Assembly: GCA_973895155.1 (NCBI GenBank) | Contig: OZ316899.1 | Span: forward strand, 10,443,135 to 10,507,134 | Direction: 5' to 3' | DNA: 64,000 nt | From: Marsupella aquatica | Lineage: Eukaryota > Plantae > Marchantiophyta | Part shown: positions 24,975-37,348 of the stretch, piece after piece | Layout: each line of letters begins with the position of its first letter | Numbering within the stretch: position 1 is the first letter of the stretch | Position numbers and translations under genes: made by a program | The notes under the pieces: generated by a model | Told to the model about the DNA's origin: nothing | What the model saw: only the letters and a program-made list of their open reading frames with translations | The model's database searches: none

Positions 24975-26189
24975 GGGAAGACTCTCTCATAAGGATCACG
25001 TTCTTATGAAGGAATGGAGTTTACTAAGGAGAAAGAGAGTGTGTGACTCGTTTCTTCAAGCAGGATTGCAGCAACATGTCAATTCTCTATAGCCAACAGC
25101 CCACCTCTAAGTCAATTTGCAGCCACCATAGCCCACAGCCAGCTAGAGCTTTACTCCTTCTCAAGTAGTATTGAGGCAGCCAACTCTCATCTCCTCAATT
25201 TTGCAGTTGTCTATTATGATTAGTAGTAGCCTATTCACTAGCCAGCAAAATAGCTCTTCAATCACTAGTAGAAACCGGGGTGTTTTATGACTAAGTTTTA
25301 TGACTGCCCATGACTCCTTGTGACTAAAGTTTGGGGGATATCAAGCCAGTCGTAATTTTGACATAGCGTCTTATTTAAAGTGACTGAAATCGAGTGGTCA
25401 GCTATGTGACTAGGGTTTAAGACACATTTTGTGACTAATAACGACCAAATCCGTACTTGGGCATTTTGGGATTTGGAGAAGGTGTAGTCTTACAAATGAC
25501 TGCAAAGTAGTCATTTGTATGACTCAAAATGAGGTATGAATTAGTCACAAACAGTCAGTGAGGAAGAGTTTCCTTTCGCATATATGACTGGTGCTATGGT
25601 TCAATAATGGAACACAGGCGACTGATTATGACTAGTTGGTCTTAAAAGTTTAGAGTGTATGGGCACATTAGTGACAGATGATGACTACAGATGACCAATC
25701 ATCCTGAAAAATCTTAAGATTGGGCTAGATTGGTTGGTCTTATTGGGGACCACGATGTAATATATCACGGTCATATCTTAATGACCCAAAATGACTCATT
25801 AGTCTAGTTCACGACTGCATTCTTTGACCCTTTTGGTCAAAATTTAGACTCGACCTAAGGCAATTGCAGCCTGCACATAGCACTAGAAACATGACTAATA
25901 GTCAACTCAAGCATACAAACATACATTCAAGCACTCAAGCATACAAGTACACAAGTCTTACATGAAAACATGAGAGACAACATAGTTCTATTCGAATCTT
26001 AGAACTCATATTAACTATTGAACATACATGCATAATTTCATACAAACAGTGGATGATCCAGTGAATGATCCAGTGAATCTCAATTCAACTCTGCATTATG
26101 AAATATCTAGGTAACATTTGGCACCAATCATGCAGTTGTTTCTAAGTTTAGGCTAAAACTACAAACCACACATTTCAGGTGTCCCTATG

Positions 26190-29100
26190 TAATCTGTTGG
26201 CCACAACACCAAAGAGTTCAGAGCATCTGCAATAATTGTCTATGGTGGGTCATCATTCAAATTAGGAACTGGTAAAGGGGTCTTTGGCTTCACAAGCTTT
26301 GTCAACAACACTACAGAATACCCTGTTGGTACTTCTTTGCAATGGAATGTAATCTGCTCAGGGCGCAATTTTCCATACCCTACACACAACTCATTTTGCT
26401 GTGGTGAGAACAATACATACTCAGGATGTGCCTGAGTTTTCAATTTTGCATCAGCTTTACGCTTCTTTGCCGCTGCCACTCTACCACTTGCCCTGGCCCG
26501 ACTCTTCACCTTCCGAATAGGTCTCCCAGCAGCTGAAAGCTCTACTTCTACTCCACCGTCTGTGGTCACACCCTGTATGTCACCTGGCTGTGATGGAATT
26601 TGGGTCTCCACCTGGCCCTCCGTTTCGCATCCATTCTCACCGGCTTTGGCAACTTCTATGAACTCTTCATATGAATCCAAACTGGGGGTATTCAGTACAT
26701 TGGTAACCTCTGCAATAACAAAATAGCAAGTCAACAGCCTATCAGCATTTTTGCCTTATCTCCAATCATGGAAACATATAACAAAACACATTTTTTGCCT
26801 CATCTCCAATCATGGAAACATGATGAGAAACCTCACCTTCCATTGCTGGGGCCATGGTACCCTCCACATCCCTTTCTATGGGCTCCACCTCCATTTGCTG
26901 TTCAATGTTACCCTCTGGATTCATCAAATTGGAGTAATGTGGCAGGTCTCTAGAACCTCCATTCCATATTGCATTCATTATACATTTGTATTGGTCTTCT
27001 TGCACACGAATAAGCTTCTGAACATCTTCCTTTAAAGCAGTCAACTCACTTGCCATTTCACTCAATTTCACGGTCACATCATTCTCATGAGACTCCATAC
27101 ATTTCACACGATCTGATAAATTGCTAAGAGAACATGATCCACCTCCCTGCAAACACATATGTCCAACAGAGTCAATCCATTACACCTGGTAAATAATATA
27201 TGGTCCCATTGTTCATGCAAACTAGGGAATGTGGACCTCAAAGAACACTATCTGGTATGAGTACTCACTTGGTTTGAAGGATCACTCTGGCCAGATTTTT
27301 GCTTCTGTTTTCTTGCTTCAGCTCTCACCTCTTCTTTTGTAGGGGACTGTCCATTTTGTGCCTTCTGCATACATCATATTTTCACACATTATTTGCTCGG
27401 ACACAAAAAAACTCAAATACACTGTAGAAGCTAGGTCTGCCAATCCAACAATTATTCTTACCAGCTGCTCTACTATCGGAGCATTCCCTTTCCTTCCTGT
27501 CAAGTTAAGGTTCTGAACGTTGCCACGTGCATATGCCATCTGGGAACTCTTACTCTTGCCGGATTCACTCAAGAAGTGATGGACTAGCTTGCTCCATTGA
27601 AGAGGATCTGTCAATGGGGGAGCAGGCATTCTTTGGTCCTCTCCACCTTCTTGAAACAATACATGCAATCTCCACCTCTCATTCTTCAGAATTGTCTTCG
27701 CATGAGCCTGAAGACACTCCATGGCTACTCCATCCGGATGGCCCACATATTTCCATTTTGCGGCTATATTGTCAACAACTTGTTGCCAATCCGCTGGATG
27801 CTGTTGCACAAAATTCACCACACTCAAATCCAGCCATCGCAATATTTCACCTTTCAAGTCAGCCAACCAACGATTCTTCCCTGCACATGCACTGTTCACC
27901 CAACGGTTGCTCCCAATGTCCACTACTCCTTTCTTGGTTCTGTCAGGTCCTGCATTGCTTTCTGTGGTACTACTTGGTGTGACAGGTTTAGGATTCGCTG
28001 GAACTTTTGTACTACCCTTTAGTGGACTTCTAATGCCCCCTGCATCATCCCACATCCATGTGACATCATACAATAGTAACATCAATACCTTTGTATATGT
28101 CAAATAGTGGATACCAATTGCAATCTAACTTGCAATGTGACCATCTTCACAGAATGCCCATCTCCGAGCCATGTGACCAACTTACCAGATGCTTTGCCGA
28201 CACTCTGTGGATAAGAGGCAGGCTCAACTACCTGTACATCTTCCCCACCAGCCAACCAATCAGGCTCTGGCCATTGCTCAGAACCATAGGCTACAGTTGT
28301 CCCTTGTCCTGCCTCTACTTCAGGTTCATAGTAAACCTCCTTGTCAGTTACTCCCCAATTAGGATGGACAGAATCTGCAGTCACATAATTCAGCACTTTA
28401 ATTAGGTCTTTAACATCACACTAGCATACCCTTTATATATTTCCAAAGTAATTTACATAAATGCCAGAATTGAAGGGCAATCTCTACTCACATCTCCATC
28501 GTCTCCTGTTGCTCCATACTGCTCAGTATGTTGTGTTGGTCTACCTTGGCCCCGTGTAATGTGTGGTGGTGGTGGACCCGTAACATACACAACAGTGTGC
28601 CCAGCAGGTGGTGGTGGCCCATACCCATCCACTTGTGGGGCTGCTCTCCCCTGAGAGGGTGCACTGTGTGTTGGTGGTGCGCCATACACCACAGTGTACC
28701 CCTCGCTGCGTGGGGTTGCTCTAACCTGACCTGCACCTGTGCTGTGGGTATGTGTTGTTGCTCTACTTGCAAAGGAGGGTGGGATGTGCCCACCATGTGG
28801 TGCAGCTCCATACACAACAGTGTGACCACCTACACCAACAGTTGTTGTTCCATACCCACTGCTCTGTTGGGTTTTACCTGGAGGTGGAGGTGGTATGTGC
28901 CCAGCATGCCCCATTGGTCCGGACCCACGTGCAATGTAATGCACTGTGCTTCGCCCTCCAGATGTTGTTGTACTGTGCCCACGGCCCATGCCCCGAGTAG
29001 CAAGTCCACCTCTCTTAGCCTGCAAGAACATATGTGCAAGGACAATAAACCTAAAAGAAGTATCTTCCTTTGACTTGCCACACTCACATGAGCCAAACAT

Positions 29101-29427
29101 ATCACTACTTCAACACTTCATTACCACAATTTTGTTGGGCTCCACGACATTATGCTTGCCCTGCACATATTCTTCATCATCTGCATCGGGCTCCTCCTCT
29201 GGATAGTACTCTACATCATCAAATTCCTTATGGTTTTCACCGGACCCAACATCTTGCCCATCATCTGCAGAATCTGCCATCGATGGAATGTCCTTCACTG
29301 CTAGTCTCTCACTGCGTCGCCGAGGTCCACTTGCACTGTCACTGATGCTTTGCCTAGCCCTTTTCTGCACTACACTTCTCCTGTCTGGGAGCCTGCATGC
29401 CATCCAAAAGCAACATCCATTGAACAA
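26190..29427 (-). pseudogene. CACTA TnpA/Ptta-like gene (multi-exon)
   Basis: Exons in ORFs 29110-29427, 28453-29100, 28100-28396, 27318-28103 (WSKLVHHFLSESGKSKSSQMAYAR..GRKG, Transposase_24-like), 26766-27158, 26240-26734 (FHCKEVP.GY..V..PLPVP..LVLWP). Confidence 0.7.
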
Positions 29428-29644
29428 CTCTAGTAAACATAGCTACATTCATTCCAATTAATGAGCAAAGTCTGGATAGGTTCTGTGGATGATAATTGTT
29501 CCCTTACAAAGCGGAAAATCCCTGTCTGAGCTCAGCTCCCAAAGCTGCCAGCCTCTCATCAACATATGCTGCATGTATCATGGCTTGCTTTTCAGACTCA
29601 CTCATCTCATCATCATCTTCTTCCATCCTATTCAATGACAAACA

Positions 29645-32600
29645 TTATTGTATACGCATGGTGTCAGGCTCAGCCTCTACAAATGGCTCCTCACCCTCCC
29701 AAGCATCCACCCGTGTTAGAGGAACATACTCTGTGCTTGTCTGAACAGTACCAACGTCTCCAGTACGTGGTTGTTCAAATGCACTATGTCTATCTAAATG
29801 GAACTCTAGCTTTGACCCTTCTACCCTACGATTTCTGGGCTGCTTATGACACACTACCCTCCAACCTGGGTTCTCTTCCACATCCAAGAAGAAGGCCTGC
29901 TCCACCTGACTGGGATACACAAAAGGCTGCTCCCATTCGGGCAACTTGGACTTGAAATTGGCAAGCAGAAAGCCATCCCGGTCTCTTTTCATACTGGCCC
30001 TGTTACCACGCCACACTTGTCTTACCCATTCACCCTTCATCAAAATTACAGGAGTGGATGTGGCTCCATAGTCAAGAAGCCAGATATCACTTAGTTCTCC
30101 TACATACCCCATCTGCAACACTCCTCTACTTTCATCAGGGCTCTCATGCTGAAATACACAAATGAGCCCGCAATCATATGTTACCCTGGAAGAAGTTGTT
30201 TCATCTCTCACTCTATAGTGATTGCCATATGCTGCCATCCGTTTGTAAGACTTTACCAGCAACCGTGGAGGATTGGACAGGATATAGACATCTGCATCCA
30301 TATTAGGATGGCTTGCATGATGCTCTCGAACTGTGCATCTCAGCCATTCTGACATGCATGGGAATGTGGCAGACGTGCTTGATTGAATAGCCTTTTGTGC
30401 CTCGTACTCTCTACACATACAAGTCCATGGATTTAGCAATCAGAGTACACATTTTATACATGTCTGAAATTTAGAAACCAAGGGTAGCAAAGAAAATTGA
30501 AAACAAGTTACATACAGGGAGACCAAAGTAGGTACTCACTCCAGCTAGGGTTGCATTGCATCAGTGTTTTCTAGAACGTACTGATGAGCCAAGTCTCTAA
30601 TTTCGATGGTCAGCTTCACTGTGGTTGCAGCACCTTGTAGGACTTCCCCAGACACCCCTTCTTCTTCATCAGAATTCCATACTCGCCTTGTCACATGCTC
30701 GTAATCTGCTAGGTACTCTGTGATGTAGCCCAGAGTTTCATCTTTTATATAACCCCGAGCCATACTTGCCTTTGGCCTATAGTAAGATCGCACATGACCC
30801 TTCATCAACTTCATGTACCGCTCCAGGGGGTACAACCAGCGTGCTGTCACCGGCCCGTACTGGTCTATTTCTTCCACGACATGGATGAGCAGATGAGTCA
30901 TTACATCAAAGAATGCAGGCGGGAAATATATTTCAAGATCACACAACAATAGTGCCACATCTTTCTTCAATTGGGGAAACTGTGCAGCATCCCACACCTT
31001 CACACAAACTCTGCGGAACACATCACTCAGACGCAGTATAACTTTACGCACAGGCTCTTGCATGAGGCCCCTCAGGCACAATGGCAGGACTTGTTGCATC
31101 ATGACATGGTAGTCATGGGTTTTCATTCTACCAAATTGGAATTTGTTATCCTTCACATGCCTCTTGAATGCACTAGCATAATCTGTAGGAGCTCGGAGTG
31201 AACTCAGCCTTGATAAGAAGGTCTGCCACTCTATGTCTGTGCAACAATATGGTGCTTGGTACTTCAAAAACACATTTGCCCTGCTCTGGTGTGTTGTAAG
31301 CCAAAGGTGGGGTCGAATTCCCCTGTCCTATAGATCCATACGTATAGAGCCCGTGTCCTTTTCTCCACTCAAAAATCGGAGTAGACTCTCGCATATGTTC
31401 TTCTCTATGTGCATAACATCAATATTATGTTTGTTTGGATCAAACTCCTGCAACTCCAAAACATCAAGCAGTGAGCAAATCTCAATCTTCATAATACATA
31501 CATACTACTTCATACAATCTAACAACTAAATTGACTGAATCACATATATGGGTTGTTGGGGAGAGGAGATTACTCGCCAATACTCCAGCTGCAAGTCCAA
31601 AATGGACTGTCGTTTCACACCATACAACCTTGCAGGATCTCGTACTCCATCCTCTACTCCTCCATCTGCATCATACTGTGCCTTGGCAGCCCCCCAAGAA
31701 CTTATTTGCTCCTTCTTCACTCGAGGTTGGGGACTGCGGAGCTCCGTGCGCTTGTTAAAATGTGCTATAAGATTGGGTCTACATCTGTAGGGGTGATCAG
31801 AGGGCAGAAATCGACAGTGACCAAGGTATTTGATACACTTCAAGGACTTTGAATAGTCACTTGTCACATGGGGGCCACATCTTGTGCAAGCTAAATATCC
31901 TTTCCCAACCTGGCCTGCAATCATGCTATGGGCAGGGTAATCTGCAATAGTCAACATTACAATAGCTCTAAGCAAGAATGGATTGGCTTCACCAATCCTC
32001 TGCAGCATATCATATGTGAGCACTCCAGTGTACCATAGCTTTCTCAGTTCCTCTACTAGAGGAGCAAGATAGACATCTATATTGGCTGCAACAGCACTGT
32101 CTGGCCCTGGAATCAACAATGCCAACATTACAAAGAACCACTTTGTAGTCAACCATGGGGGAAGGTTGTAATTCAAAAGGGTTACAGGCCAACAAGAGTA
32201 CGCATTGTTCTTCTCACCAAATGGGTTCACCCCATCCAATGATAACCCAAGCCTAACATTCCTTGTCTCCCTAGCAAACTCAGGATACACATCATCAATC
32301 AACTTCCATTGCTTTGAATCTCCAGCATGGCGTTGTAGCCCATCTCGACTTTTGTTCTTAGCTGTCCATGTCATCAACTCTGATATGGCACGGCTCCTGA
32401 ACATTCGCTGCAGTCTGGGAATTATAGGAAAGTGACGGAGTACTTTTGCAGGTTGCTTGGACTTCCCATTGTTCCGGTACCTGTGCTTCCCACATGTAGG
32501 GCATGTCAACTTCTTCTGATGTTCGTTTCTGAAAAGAACATGCCCATCAGGACAGACATGTATTGACTCATAGTTCAGCCCAAGTTTTGATATCAGTCTC

Positions 32601-33379
32601 TTTGCCTCGTACATGTTTTTTGGCACTAGATTACCTCCTGGTAGCACTATTTTCTGCAAGAAGGCCAGAACCTCGGACACGAAGATGTTTGGCACATTGT
32701 GGTTCCCACAAATATTCAGAAACATTAGCACAAATGCTAATTTGGAACACTTGCTTCCTGGGAACAGAGGATTGAAGGCCTCCTGAACTTCGGTTGGGGA
32801 GCCAAACATGGTGTCCTCTCCAGCTGTAGCCTGTTGCCCAATCTCAAACTCATCTGAAGACTCGTGGTCATCACCCGGTGCGGTCTCAAACTCTTCTGCA
32901 TCTTCCATGTCCTCCCGCATTGCATCCATATCCTGCACCATTTGCTGAACATTGATCCCTTCGTCTGCAGGCTGCTGAAGGACTTCAGACCCACCCAGTT
33001 GAGTCATCACATCTGCCAACCCACCAGTGAAGAACTGGTCTCGCCTTGCACTATTTGCATTCTCAAAGTCAGCCCTCCATTCCTCATCTGAAGAATCAGC
33101 CTCATTCGGATCGTTTGTAACACGCCAACGAGGGTGTCTCCCATGAATTGCCAAGTGCCCATGAATCTGCCTCAAGACTCTGGTGTGGGAGCCATTGCAT
33201 TGAGTGCAAGGACATCTCATTCGTGAACTTGGACCTGACCGTGCCACTTTGGCCTGTTCCCGATTCCAGAGCTTCTGGTCGTGTTGGGAAACCCTCATTG
33301 GATGATGTAGAGGCAACCTGGCAGATGTTGGATGGGTCCAAGGGGGAGGGTGACCTACGGACACTCTTCTAGACTCCAT
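29645..33379 (-). pseudogene. CACTA TnpD transposase (Transposase_21 + DUF4218 + DUF4216), multi-exon, at least one premature stop
   Basis: CPCTQC, VLRHFPIIPRLQRMF, RNVRLGLSLDGVNPF, TIADYPA, IDVMHIEKN (~31400), KTHDYHVMMQ, FPPAFFDVMTHLLIH, WLYPLERYM, PFVYPSQVEQAFF. Confidence 0.93.
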
Positions 33380-33766
33380 CTTAGAGTTCAGAACACAGGC
33401 ACTCAGATTTAATTGTCATTTCATTATGAAAGTGGAAAATACATTTCTTGTTTAGTTGTGTTCCGATGTTCACACTATCTACCAAAACATATGACATGAT
33501 ACAGTGTAATAAATCATGCATAGACTTTCTACAACCACCAACAAAAACAAGAAAGGTTCCTGAATCGTGTACCTATTCTCAGGTCACACTGTAACAAAAT
33601 TCCTAACTGTCTCAGGGTGTCACCTCCTTCGCTGTCCTCACTTATACTGCCTCAGTCTGCAATGGCCAACCAAGCACGTACATCCATGACCATATCAGAG
33701 TCCAATCACCTATAGTCATAGACAAACGTGCCTGGTGTGAGAGCAGTATGAGATCTCCTCACATTA

Positions 33767-34369
33767 TTACCAGAGTTCATCTGGATACCCACCCTGTTCT
33801 CGATGGTAGTCACACCTGAGGTACACTGGCATGTACATCAGGTCATCAAGGAGTATGCCCTGGGCATACCAGGGTGGGGTTCGATCTGTGCCTACAAGAA
33901 GTGGTTCTAATGCCCTCCACTGGGGGGAGCTAGCTACCAAGTCCCTCCATTGTGTGCTAATTAGTCTATATTTGCAAATGTCTTGTGCGGTTGACCACTG
34001 AAGAATTCTGGGCCACACATCCGACAGCATTATATCATCTGGCAAACCAGGCAACAAGGAAGTCCCCACAACATTCTGCTCTTCAATTTCATCTGCTGAA
34101 AAATTAGATTCATCGTCTCTTGCATCCTCAGGCGGTGTTGAAATATGTTTCAACACCAACCCATGCAGGAGAGTCCAGACAGTGGCCAGCCATGTGGCAA
34201 CCCGGAGGAGGAGCCTACATAGCACCTGTTGATGTAGGAAAGGCAACATACCCACCAAAGTTTGCCGCCAAGATTTGAGCCCACCCAGTAAGTTTACAGT
34301 GACACCCCCAGGCCCAGCAAGAAACCACAATCCGCCAACAGTAAAATAAGTCCAACTGCGACCAACCAT
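33767..34369 (-). CDS. F-box protein (hydrophobic N-terminus, F-box, no repeat domain); CACTA cargo
   Basis: SLLPGLPDDIMLSDVWPRI...ICKYRLISTQWRDLVAS, a plant F-box pattern; open 200-aa ORF. Confidence 0.7.
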   Translation of the reverse strand: MVGRSWTYFTVGGLWFLAGPGGVTVNLLGGLKSWRQTLVGMLPFLHQQVLCRLLLRVATWLATVWTLLHGLVLKHISTPPEDARDDESNFSADEIEEQNVVGTSLLPGLPDDIMLSDVWPRILQWSTAQDICKYRLISTQWRDLVASSPQWRALEPLLVGTDRTPPWYAQGILLDDLMYMPVYLRCDYHREQGGYPDELW

Positions 34370-34460
34370 AACAAGCTACGTTAGTTCAAATATCACATTT
34401 ATTTCAAAGATGTGATTTGTACACAAAGCTTGTCTCAAAACTGATGCTACTACGTACTCC

Positions 34461-35339
34461 TCACTCTGATTCAGAATCGCTAATAACCTCTTCCTCACTT
34501 GTTGTCACATAGTTTTCACTGTGAGGATCCTGACCCTTCCGTGGCCAAGCCTCAAAAAGATCATAGTCCATTGGGTTTTGACGCTTCCCAGCTGCTACTG
34601 ATTCCACAAGCCAAGCATATGAAACCATAAACATATTATGGGACATGACATAAAAGCGAATGTCACCCTTCCCAAACTTGCGGCAGGCTTTGGGATATGA
34701 CTTAGTAATGACATGAGTGGTGTCCTCTGTTATATTCTCCTCCACTGTCCCACCTAGGTCAAGCACTGTGGACTTGTACACTTTGCACTTAACCTCTCCA
34801 ATTCCCGCCTCCACAAAAACCATGCTCAGCCCTTTCAGAATGGGGGTTGGTTGCTTCATCTCCTCAGCCAACATACTCTTCAGCCTTCTTGAGCTTTGTC
34901 CTTTGTTGAGTACAGGTCCATATTGGACATCAGCAAGCCGTGCCTTTGCTTCCCAGACTTCTTGTTCAACCCAAGCTGATGCAGTAGCTTCTTCATCCTC
35001 CCACAGCTCATATTGCTCAGTATCCTGTACAATCTGATGTGCTATGGAATCTGTGATCCAAGAGGCCTCAACTACTTTTAGGCCTCGCTCAGTAATTGCA
35101 AAATTCATGTAGGACCATGACCATTTCTTTATCACTGATAGCCATGTCCCTGCAACAACATGTGTAGTCTCTGGAGTGATGTCCTGCACTACAGTGCCAT
35201 GGAGCTCAGAGAATCGTTTCTGTACAGTTGGCCAATGCACTTTGGTCAACCCATGCTGGCCATGGACCAAAATGGCTCTGACCCCTGTAAACACTGCTGG
35301 GTGGTCACACTTTCTACGTTTCCCAGGCTCCATGTACAC
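34461..35339 (-). CDS. Tandem BRCT-domain protein; CACTA cargo
   Basis: Two repeats: FTGVRAILV..HGTVVQDITPETTHVV..VVEASWITDSI..YEL and LKGLSMVFV..GGTVEENITEDTTHVI..VSYAWLVESV..YDL; intact 292 aa. Confidence 0.85.
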   Translation of the reverse strand: MYMEPGKRRKCDHPAVFTGVRAILVHGQHGLTKVHWPTVQKRFSELHGTVVQDITPETTHVVAGTWLSVIKKWSWSYMNFAITERGLKVVEASWITDSIAHQIVQDTEQYELWEDEEATASAWVEQEVWEAKARLADVQYGPVLNKGQSSRRLKSMLAEEMKQPTPILKGLSMVFVEAGIGEVKCKVYKSTVLDLGGTVEENITEDTTHVITKSYPKACRKFGKGDIRFYVMSHNMFMVSYAWLVESVAAGKRQNPMDYDLFEAWPRKGQDPHSENYVTTSEEEVISDSESE

Positions 35340-35929
35340 ACACCCTACGTGATTAGAGTGAATATTGGAAGAGTGGGTTCACCTGCCAATAGAAGGACAC
35401 CAAAATTCCTGCTTTTTAAGTTGATCCGGTCCACTGTTGCTCAAGTCCAATTTTGATAGGTACAGGGGATATGTGAACAATAAGTACTATGCACCTGCAC
35501 CGATGCAGGACATTGTTTGAGTATATACCAGGAAATCCATATCAAAGGTGAAATGAAGTGCAACCAACTTGTCATGGCCGCACATACATATTTTGTTGTA
35601 AAGGAGGATACATTCAATGACAAACTTATAGGGCAATTTGATTAATTGCATGCCTGATAATTTATATGCTTACAACTTTGAAGTCCTGTTTTAATTTAGC
35701 AGTCTGATGAGAGTGTTTGTGAAAATGACCACTCAGCCTAAATACTTCCAAGAAGGCTTGTTAGGATAAGTTTTTATAGGCATGTACCCAGCCACTGACG
35801 CTATAGCATAGGATAAGTGTTGCCTATACAAACTTGCCTACCCAACTCCTTTTCAAAATTGGAATCTCTGCAATCCCCCAAAAATAGTACACCCACATCA
35901 GGTGCCCTGTGCATGTACAATGTTCAGCT

Positions 35930-36610
35930 TCATAGCCAAGATATGTGATCTCTCACAGGAGTGCGCAAGGTAGGATCAATGGCATGGCGATGACAATAAA
36001 ATATCCATCGATCAACACCATGTGCAGAGTGATCATAGATTTCTCTGTCACAAGCATAACCCTCTGCTTGACGATCTTTCAAGCAATGATAGTGCCACAT
36101 AGTGGGACACCTAGCACAGTGGACTATGTCAGCCCAGTACTCATCATCATGCTCACCACATGCCTTGCACCTATGAAGTGGGCAAGCTGTGGCATGAGCA
36201 GGCAAACACTCAAAACAGAAAAACCTCACACAAAAACGGTCTGGACATTTCCTAACATCCGGTGCAGCATCAACATAGCCCTCATAGGACCCCAACTTCC
36301 CACACTATGCACACTTAGCTTGCTTCTCCAAACAATCAGTGCACATCCAGTCTCCCTGGTGTGTTGACGGGAGGCCCACCCCTGGACAATTGTTTTCTGC
36401 AGCAAGGTGAGACTCCGGGTTGAGGTGGAAATGCCTCATGCAAGGGCCCTCACAGATGACCAAGCTCCCACCATCGTCACAAATGGCACAACAATGAGCT
36501 GCCTTCTGGAAAATCTGACTTGCAGAGAAGTTAGTAACGTGTGGCCCAGGTACACCTGTGTTGCTCACCTCTATCACACGCTTTTTCGCTGGAATTTTGG
36601 GGCGTGCCAT
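35930..36610 (-). pseudogene. EDM2-like composite PHD-finger protein (one in-frame TAG at 36305-36307); CACTA cargo
   Basis: CAICDDGGSLVICEGPCMRHFH..WMCTDC..CA*CGKLGS..CPLHRCKAC..CARCPTMWHYHCL..IFYCHRHAIDPTLRTPVRDHI, collinear with the EDM2 PHD region as I recall it. Confidence 0.85.
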
Positions 36611-37348
36611 GCCTACGCATGAGACAGACAGTACAATTAAGTAGACAATACAGGCAATACATTTTGGCAGACTTTACAGACAATATATTCTAGCAGACTT
36701 CACAGAAAGTAAAATTTAGCATTTAAGGTACAATGACAACTTATACTGCAATGAATTGCAATGGCCACACAAGGATGCAGGGCAGACATACTTTTGGTAT
36801 GTTGAGCCCACACACAAAACTGATCTCCTAGTACAATTGCTCCACCAGCACCTCAATTTCGTGGCTATGATTCACCAAAAAAGATCTGCAACAACATTTC
36901 ATGCATTTGAATCACATACAATAGTCATCACATGAAAAACAGGCATTTTTCCAACAAGATTGGGATCAAGTAGTGTGATGAGGGTTGTACTTTATACATC
37001 CTATATAGGCTATGATAGTGAGACAAATAAGTTTGAATACGTGACTGTATGGGATGTTTGCAGGTTATGACATGGCCCATTAATTCTGTCATATAATGTT
37101 ACAATGTTGGCCAAGTTAAAGCAGTCTTTCATTGGAGAATTTAAAGAGAGCTTGCTTAATTCTTACATTAGGATATTCCACTTAGTGCAGCCAAATTAGG
37201 ATAAGTTATATACTATGGATCCTAAACCCTGCACCCAAAATTGCTCAAACTTCAAAATTTTAAATAATTATCCGTGGTGCTTAAGTCAGAGCATTAAGTT
37301 ATAGGTCATTGCACTCTGGTCTGTGCATACGGTGTGACAAGTGCTCCT

